Shown here piece after piece: positions 1 through 8,470 of a stretch of DNA of 64,000 bases; the first letter of the stretch is position 1, and each line of letters opens with the position of its first letter. Below the pieces are notes generated by a model that worked only from the letters and a program-made list of their open reading frames with translations, did no database searches and was not told where the DNA came from. Source of the DNA: Myxococcota bacterium (GTDB lineage Bacteria; Myxococcota_A; SURF-8); contig CAXXQS010000002.1 in the NCBI GenBank assembly GCA_963674735.2, positions 2,080,001 through 2,144,000 of the forward strand, read 5' to 3'. A program made the translations under genes and the position numbers.

Positions 1-1
1 C

Positions 2-217
2 CTGCTGTTGCTGACCGCCTGCGACGCCTTCAGCTGCACCGAAGCCCGCGGCACGCCTTTCGATATTCAGGACGGCGAGGAGTTGAACTTCGAGGCGGCG
101 GCGGGCGTCACCTATATTGTCGTCGTGGATGGCTACGGCGACGCGGCCGGCAGCTACACCCTCGATGTCGTTTGCGATGCGAATGCGGACGGCGACGGCG
201 AAGGCGAGAGCCAGTAA
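2..217 (+). CDS. 3' end of a secreted protein (PPC/pre-peptidase C-terminal-like beta domain), truncated by window edge
   Basis: Open frame from the window edge to TAA at 215-217. Motif GVTYIVVVDGYGDAAGSYTLDV resembles PPC-like domains; acidic DGDGE tail. Confidence 0.6.
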   Translation: MLLLTACDAFSCTEARGTPFDIQDGEELNFEAAAGVTYIVVVDGYGDAAGSYTLDVVCDANADGDGEGESQ

Positions 218-1032
218 GCGCAGCGCAGTTCCGGCGGACTCCCCAATATGTCTGCAAAAAACGTAACGAAGGATGGGCAACGTATTGCCCACCTCTGTCG
301 TGATCCAATTGTATGCCATATGGTGATATTCTAAGCTGCAGGATGGCGGGAGCCCGGCCGTATCGAAGCATGAGCGATTTATCCTTCCTCGGAAGCTGTG
401 ACCCGCTGCTAAGCTCTGTTATTTCTCGCTTCGACCTATGCAAGTTACTGTTATGACATAGGTTATGTGTGTTTTTCTCCCCTGTTTCCGGTCGTATCTC
501 GACGCCATTCGGCTGAAATCGAACTAATGAAGTCATTTCAATAGGATAGGACACCATCGAACGAATACTCTCAGAATAATATATTTAATATATATTAAAA
601 CGCCTCGTTTTTCCGTCCGAAAGCGGCTCTGTTCGTCGCTATTACGGGGTGGACGCTGGAGCGACGTGATTGTTTTCAGCCTCTGTTGACGGGGTGAATT
701 CGCGTTTGCCGGTGACGTCGGGAGCGCTCGGGGCGGTGTGCAGCCGGACGAACTGGAGCGAGGAACGAGCGGGCACGTGTGACGTATTACGGCAATCCCG
801 GTAATCCGATATGAAACAAACTTTACCCCCCTGCAAAAGGCCGAAAAACCCAATGATTTCGGGAAAACGAAAAACGAGCTCCTGAAAACGGCGCACCGGG
901 CGCATCGAGGTCATTTCAGGTAATCCGGCAAAAAACGGCCTGCGCCCTCGATTCGGTCGTTTCGACCGTTTTCGCCCGTCGCGGCGAAAGCACCGAACGG
1001 CGCATCCGCCGCACGCGCCTTTTTGCTGCGTT

Positions 1033-1215
1033 CACGGCATTTCAATTCCAAGCTTTTCACCGATTTCCACCTACTATAATTCGTCTTACGGGGTGCCATG
1101 GGCCAAGCCTGTGGCTTGCCCATGTTCTTTTCACGGGCAAACCTGACGGTTTAGCCCGTGCCACCCATCATCGATCGAAGATGATTCGAGACTCAATCAG
1201 AATGGAAACGCCCTA
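1033..1215. mobile_element. 183-bp MITE/REP-doublet-like repeat, copy 1
   Basis: Ungapped near-identity to 4781-4963. Right end GAAACGCCCTA is the reverse complement of the left end TAGGGCGTTTC of copy 2. Internal palindromes at 1091-1124 and 1132-1166. Confidence 0.8.
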
Positions 1216-1307
1216 TGGCACCGTTTCCTTTCCTTTCCTTTTTTCTCGAATTCTGTTACATCTTGGGGGGTTGACGCGGTGCGACAGACGCCGCAGGGAG
1301 GATGCTG

Positions 1308-2972
1308 ATGCAAACAGCTTACGACGCCATCGTGATCGGAGGCGGGATAAACGGCTGCGGCGTGGCGCGCGACCTGGCGCGCCGGGGCGTGAAGGTCGCC
1401 CTGATCGAAAAAGGCGATTTCGCCATGGGCACGAGCTGGGCCAGTTCGGGCATGATCCACGGCGGAGTGCGCTACCTGCTTTCCGACGTGCATACCACGA
1501 AAAAATCCTGTCTGGATTCGGGCTACATTCAGAAGATTGCACCGCACATGATCTTCCGGATTCCGCTGTTGTTTCCGGTGCTCAAGGGCGACGGCTTGGC
1601 GGGGCGCATCAACCTCGAAGGAGCCACCGCGCTGTTTACTCTGTACGATCGCTTTCAGCCGCTTAAGGGTGGGAAAGAACACGTGCGACTGTCGCCGGAG
1701 GAAACCAAACGCATCGAACCGCAGATCGACGCCGACTTGCTGGGTGCGGTGGCGACCGACGAATGGGGCATCGACGTTCCGCGTCTGTGCATTGCCAACG
1801 CCATCGACGCCGCCGAGCACGGGGCCGATCTGCTGAGCTGGACGCGCGTCACCGCAGTCGTCAAGGAGGCGGGCGCCGTGGTCGGTCTCGATGTGGAAGA
1901 CCGCCTTTCGGGCGAGCGCCGCCGCCTCACCGCCAAACAGGTCGTCAACTGCACCGGTCCCTGGACGCCCGAAATGGCCAAGCTGGCCGGTGTCACCGTC
2001 GATTTGCGGCCCGCCAAGGGCGTGCACCTGGTGCTCGATCGACGCATCAGCAACGTGGGCGTGATCTGCACCGCCGTGGACGGCCGCCAGGTGTTCATCA
2101 TCCCGCACGAAAACATGAGCCTGATCGGCACCACCGACGACGATTTTTACGGCGATCTCGACGACATCTCCATCCTGGAAGACGAAATCGCGTATCTGAT
2201 GGATGCCGTTTGCCACATTCTGCCGGGCGTCAAACAGGCGCGCATCGTCAAAACCATTGCCGGGGTGCGGCCGACGTTGTACGAGCGCTCCAAATACGAA
2301 GACGATCTCACGCGCGACCACCGCGTGTACGACCACGAAACGCGCGACCACCTGCCGGGTTTCATCACCCTGACCGGCGGCAAGCTGGCCGCCTACCGCA
2401 TCATGGCCGAGGAAACCGCCGACCTGGTCTGCGCCAAGCTGGGAGTCGATGCGCCCTGCACCACGCACACGGCGCCGCTGCCCGGCGGCGAATCCACCCC
2501 CGACGCCGACGAACTGGCGGGCGAGTTCGGGCTCGACCCATATATGGTGCGTCGCCTGATTTTCCGTCAGGGTGCGCGTGCCCGCCGTGTATGCGAAATG
2601 ATTCGCGAGACGCCCGCCTACGGGCATTACGTGTGCGCCTGCGAGCCGGTGACCGAAGCGGAAATCCGTTACGTCATCCGTCACGAACACGTGCGGCGGC
2701 TCTCCGACCTGATCGGCCGCTGCCGTCTGGCCGAAGGCCCCTGTCAGGGTTTCGGTTGCGCGATCCAGGCCACCATGATTTTCGGCGAGGAACGGCGGCT
2801 ATCCACCGATGAAAGCGCCATGGAAGGGCTCAACCTGATGCAGGAAAAATGGCGCTGGCGGCGCGACACGCTCGAAGGTCCGCAGCTGGCGGCCGAAGAA
2901 CTTTACCGCATGGTCTACCAGGCACTGCTGGACCCCGCTCGGGTGTTGAAGCAGCGCGAGGAGGTCTTCTGA
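1308..2972 (+). CDS. glpA: Anaerobic glycerol-3-phosphate dehydrogenase subunit A (FAD-dependent, C-terminal BFD-like 2Fe-2S)
   Basis: IGGGINGCGVARDLARRG FAD motif, GMIHGGVRYL, GGKL, CACEPV...GPCQGFGC. RBS GGAGG before ATG 1308. Confidence 0.85.
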   Translation: MQTAYDAIVIGGGINGCGVARDLARRGVKVALIEKGDFAMGTSWASSGMIHGGVRYLLSDVHTTKKSCLDSGYIQKIAPHMIFRIPLLFPVLKGDGLAGRINLEGATALFTLYDRFQPLKGGKEHVRLSPEETKRIEPQIDADLLGAVATDEWGIDVPRLCIANAIDAAEHGADLLSWTRVTAVVKEAGAVVGLDVEDRLSGERRRLTAKQVVNCTGPWTPEMAKLAGVTVDLRPAKGVHLVLDRRISNVGVICTAVDGRQVFIIPHENMSLIGTTDDDFYGDLDDISILEDEIAYLMDAVCHILPGVKQARIVKTIAGVRPTLYERSKYEDDLTRDHRVYDHETRDHLPGFITLTGGKLAAYRIMAEETADLVCAKLGVDAPCTTHTAPLPGGESTPDADELAGEFGLDPYMVRRLIFRQGARARRVCEMIRETPAYGHYVCACEPVTEAEIRYVIRHEHVRRLSDLIGRCRLAEGPCQGFGCAIQATMIFGEERRLSTDESAMEGLNLMQEKWRWRRDTLEGPQLAAEELYRMVYQALLDPARVLKQREEVF

Positions 2973-4279
2973 TGGCGGGACGCGTACTGGTGATCGGACG
3001 AGGTTTGGCGGGATCCATGGCGGCCCTGGCGGCCCGGCAGGCCGGAGCCGAGGTGACGGTGGCCGCGCGGGCCTACGGGCGCACGGCGTTGTGTTCGGGG
3101 CTGATCGGTTTGGCCGCGGCCCCGCATCCCAAGGAGCCGCTGCCCCTCGATGCCGCGGTCTTGCGGCTCTTGCAACGCAATGCCCGCCATCCCTACGGGC
3201 GTTTCGCCGACCCGGTCGGGGCCATCGATGAGGCGGTGCGGCTTTTTCTGGACGCCACCGGCGACCTGTATCGCCATCCCTTCGACCCCGACTCGCCGCC
3301 CCTGCAGTTTCCGAACGAAATCGGCACCGTCACCCGCGCCCATCTCGGGCCGGTGACTTTCGCGCGGCTGGGACGCCCCTCCGACGGCGAGGCGCTGGGG
3401 ATCGTAGCCTTCGACGACTACCCGCGTTTTCGGGCCGACTTCATGGCGCGCGCCTGGTCGGCTTTCCACGCCGACACGGGCGAAACCCAACGCTTCAAGG
3501 TGTTGCGTACCACGCTCAACAGCGAGGGCCGTCTGCTCGCGCACCCGGTGCAGGCCGCCCGGCTTTTGGAGGACGACACCGTCCTCACGCTTGTGGCGGA
3601 GCGTCTCAAGCGCGCCCTTGACGGAACACGACCACCCTTGCTCATCTTCCCGCCCGTTCTCGGCCTGACGCACCCCGACGTGGCGGCGAAACTCGAAGAG
3701 CGTTTAGAGGTGCCGGTGCGCGAAGCCGCGGCTGCCCAGGCTTCCCTGCCGGGCCTGCGGTTGATCAACCGTCTAACTCAAGCGCTGGCGGCGGCCGGAA
3801 TCGATCTGCAAAAAGGCGAGGTCGCCGAACTCGACACGCCGGAGGCCGGTCCGCTTAATTGCCGCCTGCGCGACCACTCCGGACAGACGCAGACCCTCAG
3901 CGCCGATGCGGTGGTGCTGGCCACCGGCAAATTCCTCGGCGGCGGCATCGTCGCCCGCAACCGACGTTTTTCCGAGCCCATCGCTCAAGCCCCGCTCATG
4001 CTGGGCGGCCGACGCGTGGAAGAGGTCTTCATGGGACGCCTCACCGATGTGGACTTCGCGTTACCCCAGCGCTTTGCTCGGGTGGGGGTTTCCACCGACG
4101 AGCAGGGGCGCATTCTCGGCATCAAGGGACACGGACTGCATCCGCGTCTGTTTGCGGCGGGCCAACTGCTGGCCGATTTCGACCCCTTCATGGACGGCTG
4201 CGCCGAAGGCGTGGACCTGGCCACCGGCTGGCTGGCCGGACGCTCGGCGGCGCTGGCGGCCGAGGAGGTGACGGCATGA
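2972..4279 (+). CDS. glpB: Anaerobic glycerol-3-phosphate dehydrogenase subunit B-like flavoprotein
   Basis: VIGRGLAG, SLPGLRL, VVLATGKFLGGGI, LFAAG motifs. ATG overlaps the glpA stop (TGATG). Confidence 0.8.
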   Translation: MAGRVLVIGRGLAGSMAALAARQAGAEVTVAARAYGRTALCSGLIGLAAAPHPKEPLPLDAAVLRLLQRNARHPYGRFADPVGAIDEAVRLFLDATGDLYRHPFDPDSPPLQFPNEIGTVTRAHLGPVTFARLGRPSDGEALGIVAFDDYPRFRADFMARAWSAFHADTGETQRFKVLRTTLNSEGRLLAHPVQAARLLEDDTVLTLVAERLKRALDGTRPPLLIFPPVLGLTHPDVAAKLEERLEVPVREAAAAQASLPGLRLINRLTQALAAAGIDLQKGEVAELDTPEAGPLNCRLRDHSGQTQTLSADAVVLATGKFLGGGIVARNRRFSEPIAQAPLMLGGRRVEEVFMGRLTDVDFALPQRFARVGVSTDEQGRILGIKGHGLHPRLFAAGQLLADFDPFMDGCAEGVDLATGWLAGRSAALAAEEVTA

Positions 4280-4722
4280 AAAAGCTTTTCGCCACCCTGT
4301 TGATCGGGCTCTACCTCATGCGCCACCTGGCCTTGCGCTGGCTGGGCAAGCTGCTGCCGTTTCTGCGTTCCAAACGCAGCGGCGAACAGGCCTTCGCCGA
4401 CAACTACCGCGCCGATGGTATCGTGTCGTTGCCCCCGGAAAGCGTCGCCGATCTGGCCGCCCTGCAAGGCTGCATCCGTTGTGAATTGTGCGACGCCCTG
4501 TGCGATCGCACCGCCACCCTGTCGCGCGTTTTCTTCAACGGGCCGTCGTTGCTGGCCTCCACCCACTCGCGGTGTCTGCCCGACCTCGCCTATGCACGCA
4601 GCTACCGGTCGGAATACGCCGCCTGCGGCGATTGCGAACGCTGCATGGACGCCTGTCCCACCGGCGTTCCCTTGAAGCGGATCGTCGAACTGATGGATCG
4701 CATGACGCCCGACAACCCCTGA
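4276..4722 (+). CDS. Small 4Fe-4S dicluster protein with N-terminal hydrophobic helix (GlpC-like ferredoxin module only, 148 aa)
   Basis: CIRCELCDALC and CGDCERCMDACP motifs. ATGA overlap with glpB; RBS GAGGAGG. Confidence 0.75.
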   Translation: MKKLFATLLIGLYLMRHLALRWLGKLLPFLRSKRSGEQAFADNYRADGIVSLPPESVADLAALQGCIRCELCDALCDRTATLSRVFFNGPSLLASTHSRCLPDLAYARSYRSEYAACGDCERCMDACPTGVPLKRIVELMDRMTPDNP

Positions 4723-4780
4723 AACGCCGCGTGTAAGCAGCCGTAATCCGGCTGCGGGGAAGCGACGGGCGCGGGACGTC

Positions 4781-4963
4781 TAGGGCGTTTCAGTTCCAAG
4801 CTTTTCATCGTTTTCCACCCACTCCAATTCGGCTTACGGGGTGCCATGGGCCAAGCCTTTGGCTTGCCCATGCTGTTTTCACGGGCAAACCTGACGGTTT
4901 AGCCCGTGCCACCCATTAACAATCGAAGATTATTCGAGACTCAATCAGAATTGGAACGCCCTG
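4781..4963. mobile_element. 183-bp MITE/REP-doublet-like repeat, copy 2
   Basis: Direct repeat of 1033-1215. Imperfect terminal inverted repeats TAGGGCGTTTCAGTTC ... GAATTGGAACGCCCTG. Confidence 0.8.
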
Positions 4964-4981
4964 GCGCGTTGTCACATTCGC

Positions 4982-5035
4982 TTGACGCGTGCGGCGAATC
5001 GGACTAGAACTAACGAGTGAGTGACTGCTCACTCG
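4982..5035 (+). promoter_or_regulatory. Candidate sigma70 promoter followed by a palindromic operator
   Basis: TTGACG-N17-TAGAAC, then perfect inverted repeat CGAGTGAG-N6-CTCACTCG (5014-5035) upstream of the deacylase gene. Confidence 0.55.
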
Positions 5036-5093
5036 ATACGGACAAAAGCAAGGCCGCAGGCTCGATGCGCGAAGCGGCGGGAAAGGACGAACG

Positions 5094-6839
5094 ATGCCAT
5101 TGGACGTGATTATCGAGAAGGCTTTGATCTACGATGGAACCGGGCGCGCCCCCGTACGCAACGATGTGGGGATTCAGGGCGATCGCATCGCTTCCGTGGG
5201 GAACCTGAGCGAAGTCCCGGCGGTCAAGCGCATCGATGCGCGCAACCTGGCTTTGTCTCCGGGTTTCATCGACGTGCATTCCCACGCCGACATGACCCTG
5301 CATCGAGCCGACCATCACAAATACCTCGAACCGTTGGTTCGCCAGGGTATCACCACGTTCGTGGGCGGCAATTGCGGAGTGGGCATGGGCCCCATCAGTG
5401 ATAAAAACCCGGATATTCAGTACCAGTTCTACAATTTCTTCCTGGGTGAGGATATTCGCCCGCATCTGCACTGGAAGAGTTACGGCGAGCTGCTCGACCA
5501 TTATGAAAATCAGGGGCTGCTGCTCAACAGCGCCGTTCTGGTGGGCCACGGTATTTTACGCATGGATGCCATGGGCGACAGCACCGAGCGCGCCAGCATG
5601 GACGACGTGCGTTGCATGCAGCACAAGCTGGCCGAGTGTTTGGAAGCGGGCGGCATCGGCCTGTCCACCGGCCTGATGTACTTTCCCGGCCTGAGTTCCG
5701 ACGAGCACGAACTGACGCAACTGGCCCGTACCGTACACGACTACAACGGCGTATTCACCTCGCATCTGCGCAGCTACAATTCCGATACGTTGATGAACGC
5801 CATCGACGAGGTGCTGGAGATCGGTCGCTCGGCCGAAGTGCCGGTGCAGATCAGTCACCTGTTCTGGGTGCCCAACTTCCCCGAGCCGCTGGGGACGGCC
5901 ATGAAATGGGCCACCAAAGGCTTGAGCTACCTCTACAATAAAAAGGAACTGCCCATTCCGCTCGACGGTGCCACCAAGCCGTTTCTCAAGCGCGTGGCGC
6001 AGCAGATCGAGCAAGGATTCCCGGTGGGCGTCGACGCCATGCCCACCACCGCCGGATTCACGCACCTGTTGGCCTTTTTCCCGCCCTGGAGTTTGCAGGG
6101 AGGCGAGGAAGCCGTCAAAAAGCGCATTTCCGACAAAACCGAGCGCAAGAAGATCCGGCAAAGCATCGAGAACGGTCAGCCGATCTGGCCGCATCGCGGT
6201 CCCGACCAGTGGTCGATGAATTTCTTCAAAGTGATGGGCTGGGACTGCGCTTTCGTGATGAGCGTCGTAACGGAGAAGAATCAGCGCTTCATCGGCAAGA
6301 ACTTCGTGCAGATCGGCGACGAGTTGGGCAAACACCCCTTCGACGCCATGTGCGATATGCTGCTGGAGGAAGACGCCCGCGTGCTGATCTTCGAAACGAC
6401 GACCTATCCGGGCGATCCGCTGATCGAGCGTTCGCTGTACGGCACGCTGCTCGATCCCAACGTGTCCATCGTCACCGATACCATCCTGCTCGGCTTCGGG
6501 CGTCCCTCGCACCTGTTTTACGATTGTTTCCCCAAGTTCCTCGGCCTCTATGCGCGCGACTGGAACAAGCTGTCGTTGCGCGAAGCCATCCGCAAGTGCA
6601 CCTCGTTGCCCGCCAGCCAGTTGCAGATCAAAAATCGCGGTATCGTGCGCGAGGGCTACTACGCCGATCTGGTTCTGTTCGACAAGGACACCATCCAGAC
6701 CCACTCGACCGTCGAAAATCCCGACCGCTTCCCCAGCGGCATCCATTCGGTTTTCATCAACGGCAAGGCGGTGGTGGACCCCGACGGCTTCCATCCCGAT
6801 CCGCGCCCGGGTAAGCTGCTGAGACGCGGACGCGCCTAG
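5094..6839 (+). CDS. N-acyl-D-amino-acid deacylase / D-aminoacylase family amidohydrolase
   Basis: LSPGFIDVHSHAD, QGITTFVGGNCG, GLSTGLMY, SHLR, YADLVLFD motifs. Confidence 0.85.
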   Translation: MPLDVIIEKALIYDGTGRAPVRNDVGIQGDRIASVGNLSEVPAVKRIDARNLALSPGFIDVHSHADMTLHRADHHKYLEPLVRQGITTFVGGNCGVGMGPISDKNPDIQYQFYNFFLGEDIRPHLHWKSYGELLDHYENQGLLLNSAVLVGHGILRMDAMGDSTERASMDDVRCMQHKLAECLEAGGIGLSTGLMYFPGLSSDEHELTQLARTVHDYNGVFTSHLRSYNSDTLMNAIDEVLEIGRSAEVPVQISHLFWVPNFPEPLGTAMKWATKGLSYLYNKKELPIPLDGATKPFLKRVAQQIEQGFPVGVDAMPTTAGFTHLLAFFPPWSLQGGEEAVKKRISDKTERKKIRQSIENGQPIWPHRGPDQWSMNFFKVMGWDCAFVMSVVTEKNQRFIGKNFVQIGDELGKHPFDAMCDMLLEEDARVLIFETTTYPGDPLIERSLYGTLLDPNVSIVTDTILLGFGRPSHLFYDCFPKFLGLYARDWNKLSLREAIRKCTSLPASQLQIKNRGIVREGYYADLVLFDKDTIQTHSTVENPDRFPSGIHSVFINGKAVVDPDGFHPDPRPGKLLRRGRA

Positions 6840-6861
6840 CCGGTCCGATTCGGAATCGTTC

Positions 6862-6889
6862 AAGCGTCGCCTCTGCGGCGCTTTTTTCT
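6862..6889 (+). terminator. Intrinsic terminator
   Basis: AAGCGTCGC-CTCT-GCGGCGCTT stem followed by a T run. Confidence 0.7.
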
Positions 6890-6966
6890 TTGGTGCGATT
6901 GCGTGGCGGGGCGCGTCTTCGACGGGCTCCCGGCACTGCGCTCGCATCATCGCTTGCGTTTTTGTC

Positions 6967-7155
6967 CCCTTTCTTTGCGCGTCCAAAGAAAGGGAACCGA
7001 AAGAAAGGACGCCCGGGGTTCGCCTGGACGTCTTGCGACGTCCCCGCGTCCGCTCGGCGGGCGCTGCGGAACTCGCCGGACGTCGTCCGGCTCAGACAGT
7101 CCTCGCGCACCCTCCGCCGCCCGGCCCCGTCGGCGAACACGGGGGGAAGAGGGGA
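6967..7155. other. Structured intergenic element (hairpin with pseudoknot potential)
   Basis: 11-bp perfect stem 6967-6977/6984-6994. Loop GCGTC is complementary to GACGC at 7008-7012. Further small hairpins downstream. Confidence 0.45.
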
Positions 7156-7274
7156 TGATCACAAAATCATTTCGAGAAACAAGCAGTATGAACAACTTGT
7201 TGCCCATCGCTTTGATAACGCTTATCCCCGCCGTTGGAGCGCGTCTCCGACGGGCTCCGAACAATCCTTATTCT

Positions 7275-8009
7275 TCAGGGGTGAAGCAGACGGGACTTTC
7301 CCTGTTCCGCCTGGAGCGGCAGAGCGGCGTTGCACCACTCTTCCAGGCTTTCGCGCAGGCGGTTGCGTTTGTCTTCGTTCGAGGTCCAGGGCATACGCGA
7401 GATATCGATGCGTGCCCAGCTGAAATCGGCTGCATGGCGTCGGACGATGCCGCTGCCGCGGAAGGGATGGTTGATCATCACCTTGTTGTGAAAACGCGGC
7501 GACAGACAATCCGCCAAGCTTTGCAGGATGTCGGGGCTGCAACTGTTGGCGCAACAGCTCAGGCTGACAAAGGGACGCGGGGAACCGGGATCGAGATCGT
7601 TGAGTCCCCCGATTTCGGCCATGCTGTAGCAATCGAGCCCCAGCATCATGCGGTCGCAGGAAACCGCCGACAGCTTGACATGGTATGGACCGTAGTAATT
7701 TTCGACCAGCCGTCGAATGGTATCGGGCTTCAAATTGCCGCGGTAGGTGGCGGGGTAGCCGGGCGTTTTTACGCGCACGGCGTGTCGATGATGCAGGTCG
7801 TCGGCTTCGCGGTTCATATCGACGATCAGGTGTGAAACGGCGGCCATCAAACACAGCTCGGTTGCGTCTTCCAGTGCAAAAATCTCGCGTGCCGCCAGAT
7901 CGGCGGCTTCCATCAAGGTCTGACGCGGCAAGGCGCACAGGCCCTGCACTTCGGTTGGAACAAGCGTTCCGGTATTGGGAACAGACAACACGATCGGGAG
8001 TCTGGACAT
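7275..8009 (-). CDS. N-formylglutamate amidohydrolase (HutG)-fold protein with degenerate active site
   Basis: LPIVLSVPNTG, LIVDMNR, YYGPYH, LDCYS, INHPFRG match the FGase pattern. RBS GAGGAAGG before ATG 8009. Confidence 0.7.
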   Translation of the reverse strand: MSRLPIVLSVPNTGTLVPTEVQGLCALPRQTLMEAADLAAREIFALEDATELCLMAAVSHLIVDMNREADDLHHRHAVRVKTPGYPATYRGNLKPDTIRRLVENYYGPYHVKLSAVSCDRMMLGLDCYSMAEIGGLNDLDPGSPRPFVSLSCCANSCSPDILQSLADCLSPRFHNKVMINHPFRGSGIVRRHAADFSWARIDISRMPWTSNEDKRNRLRESLEEWCNAALPLQAEQGKSRLLHP

Positions 8010-8244
8010 GACGCACCTTCCTCGGTCGGCGAATGCCAAGTAAATTAGACTGACGTAATGCTATTTTTTCCGAATCGTGCCCGTTCGCCTTCAACCGCCA
8101 AGAATGCGGCCACTGAAACTCCGACCCTTGAGCTTCTTCAAACGATCCGTGCCACGATGCAAAAGTACCTTCACTCCTATCTTACCTTGCCTGGGTCGTC
8201 AAGCGAATTCGGGAAAAGCCGCGAAAATAAAATGCAACTCTCTC

Positions 8245-8273
8245 TTGACGCCGTGTCAGACTGTTGGTACGCT
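8245..8273 (+). promoter_or_regulatory. Candidate sigma70 promoter of the metF-hdr operon
   Basis: TTGACG-N17-TACGCT with TG extension, about 200 nt upstream of ATG 8471. Confidence 0.55.
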
Positions 8274-8470
8274 AAATACAGTACAGATACAATCAATCGC
8301 GAGAACACCTTCTGTTCATGCTGCGGTTCAAGATTCGTACTGTTCCCTTTGCTGCCCCACTACCCCGCTCAAACGGCGCACAATCCGATTCGTAAACAGC
8401 CCGAATGGAGATCAAGAAGTCACACCGGACTTTCCGGTAATCGGTCCCCCCTTCAGAAATGGGAGGTGCT

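Noticed and set aside
108-1123. Short minus-strand ORFs, including MGKPQAWPMAP (repeated at 4602-4871)
   Set aside because: The similarity is a by-product of the repeated 183-bp element; no RBS or protein-family signal.
6890-7835. Plus-strand ORFs 6890-7423 and 6903-7835
   Set aside because: They run through a structured intergenic element and antisense to the HutG-like gene, and are low-complexity Arg/Pro-rich.
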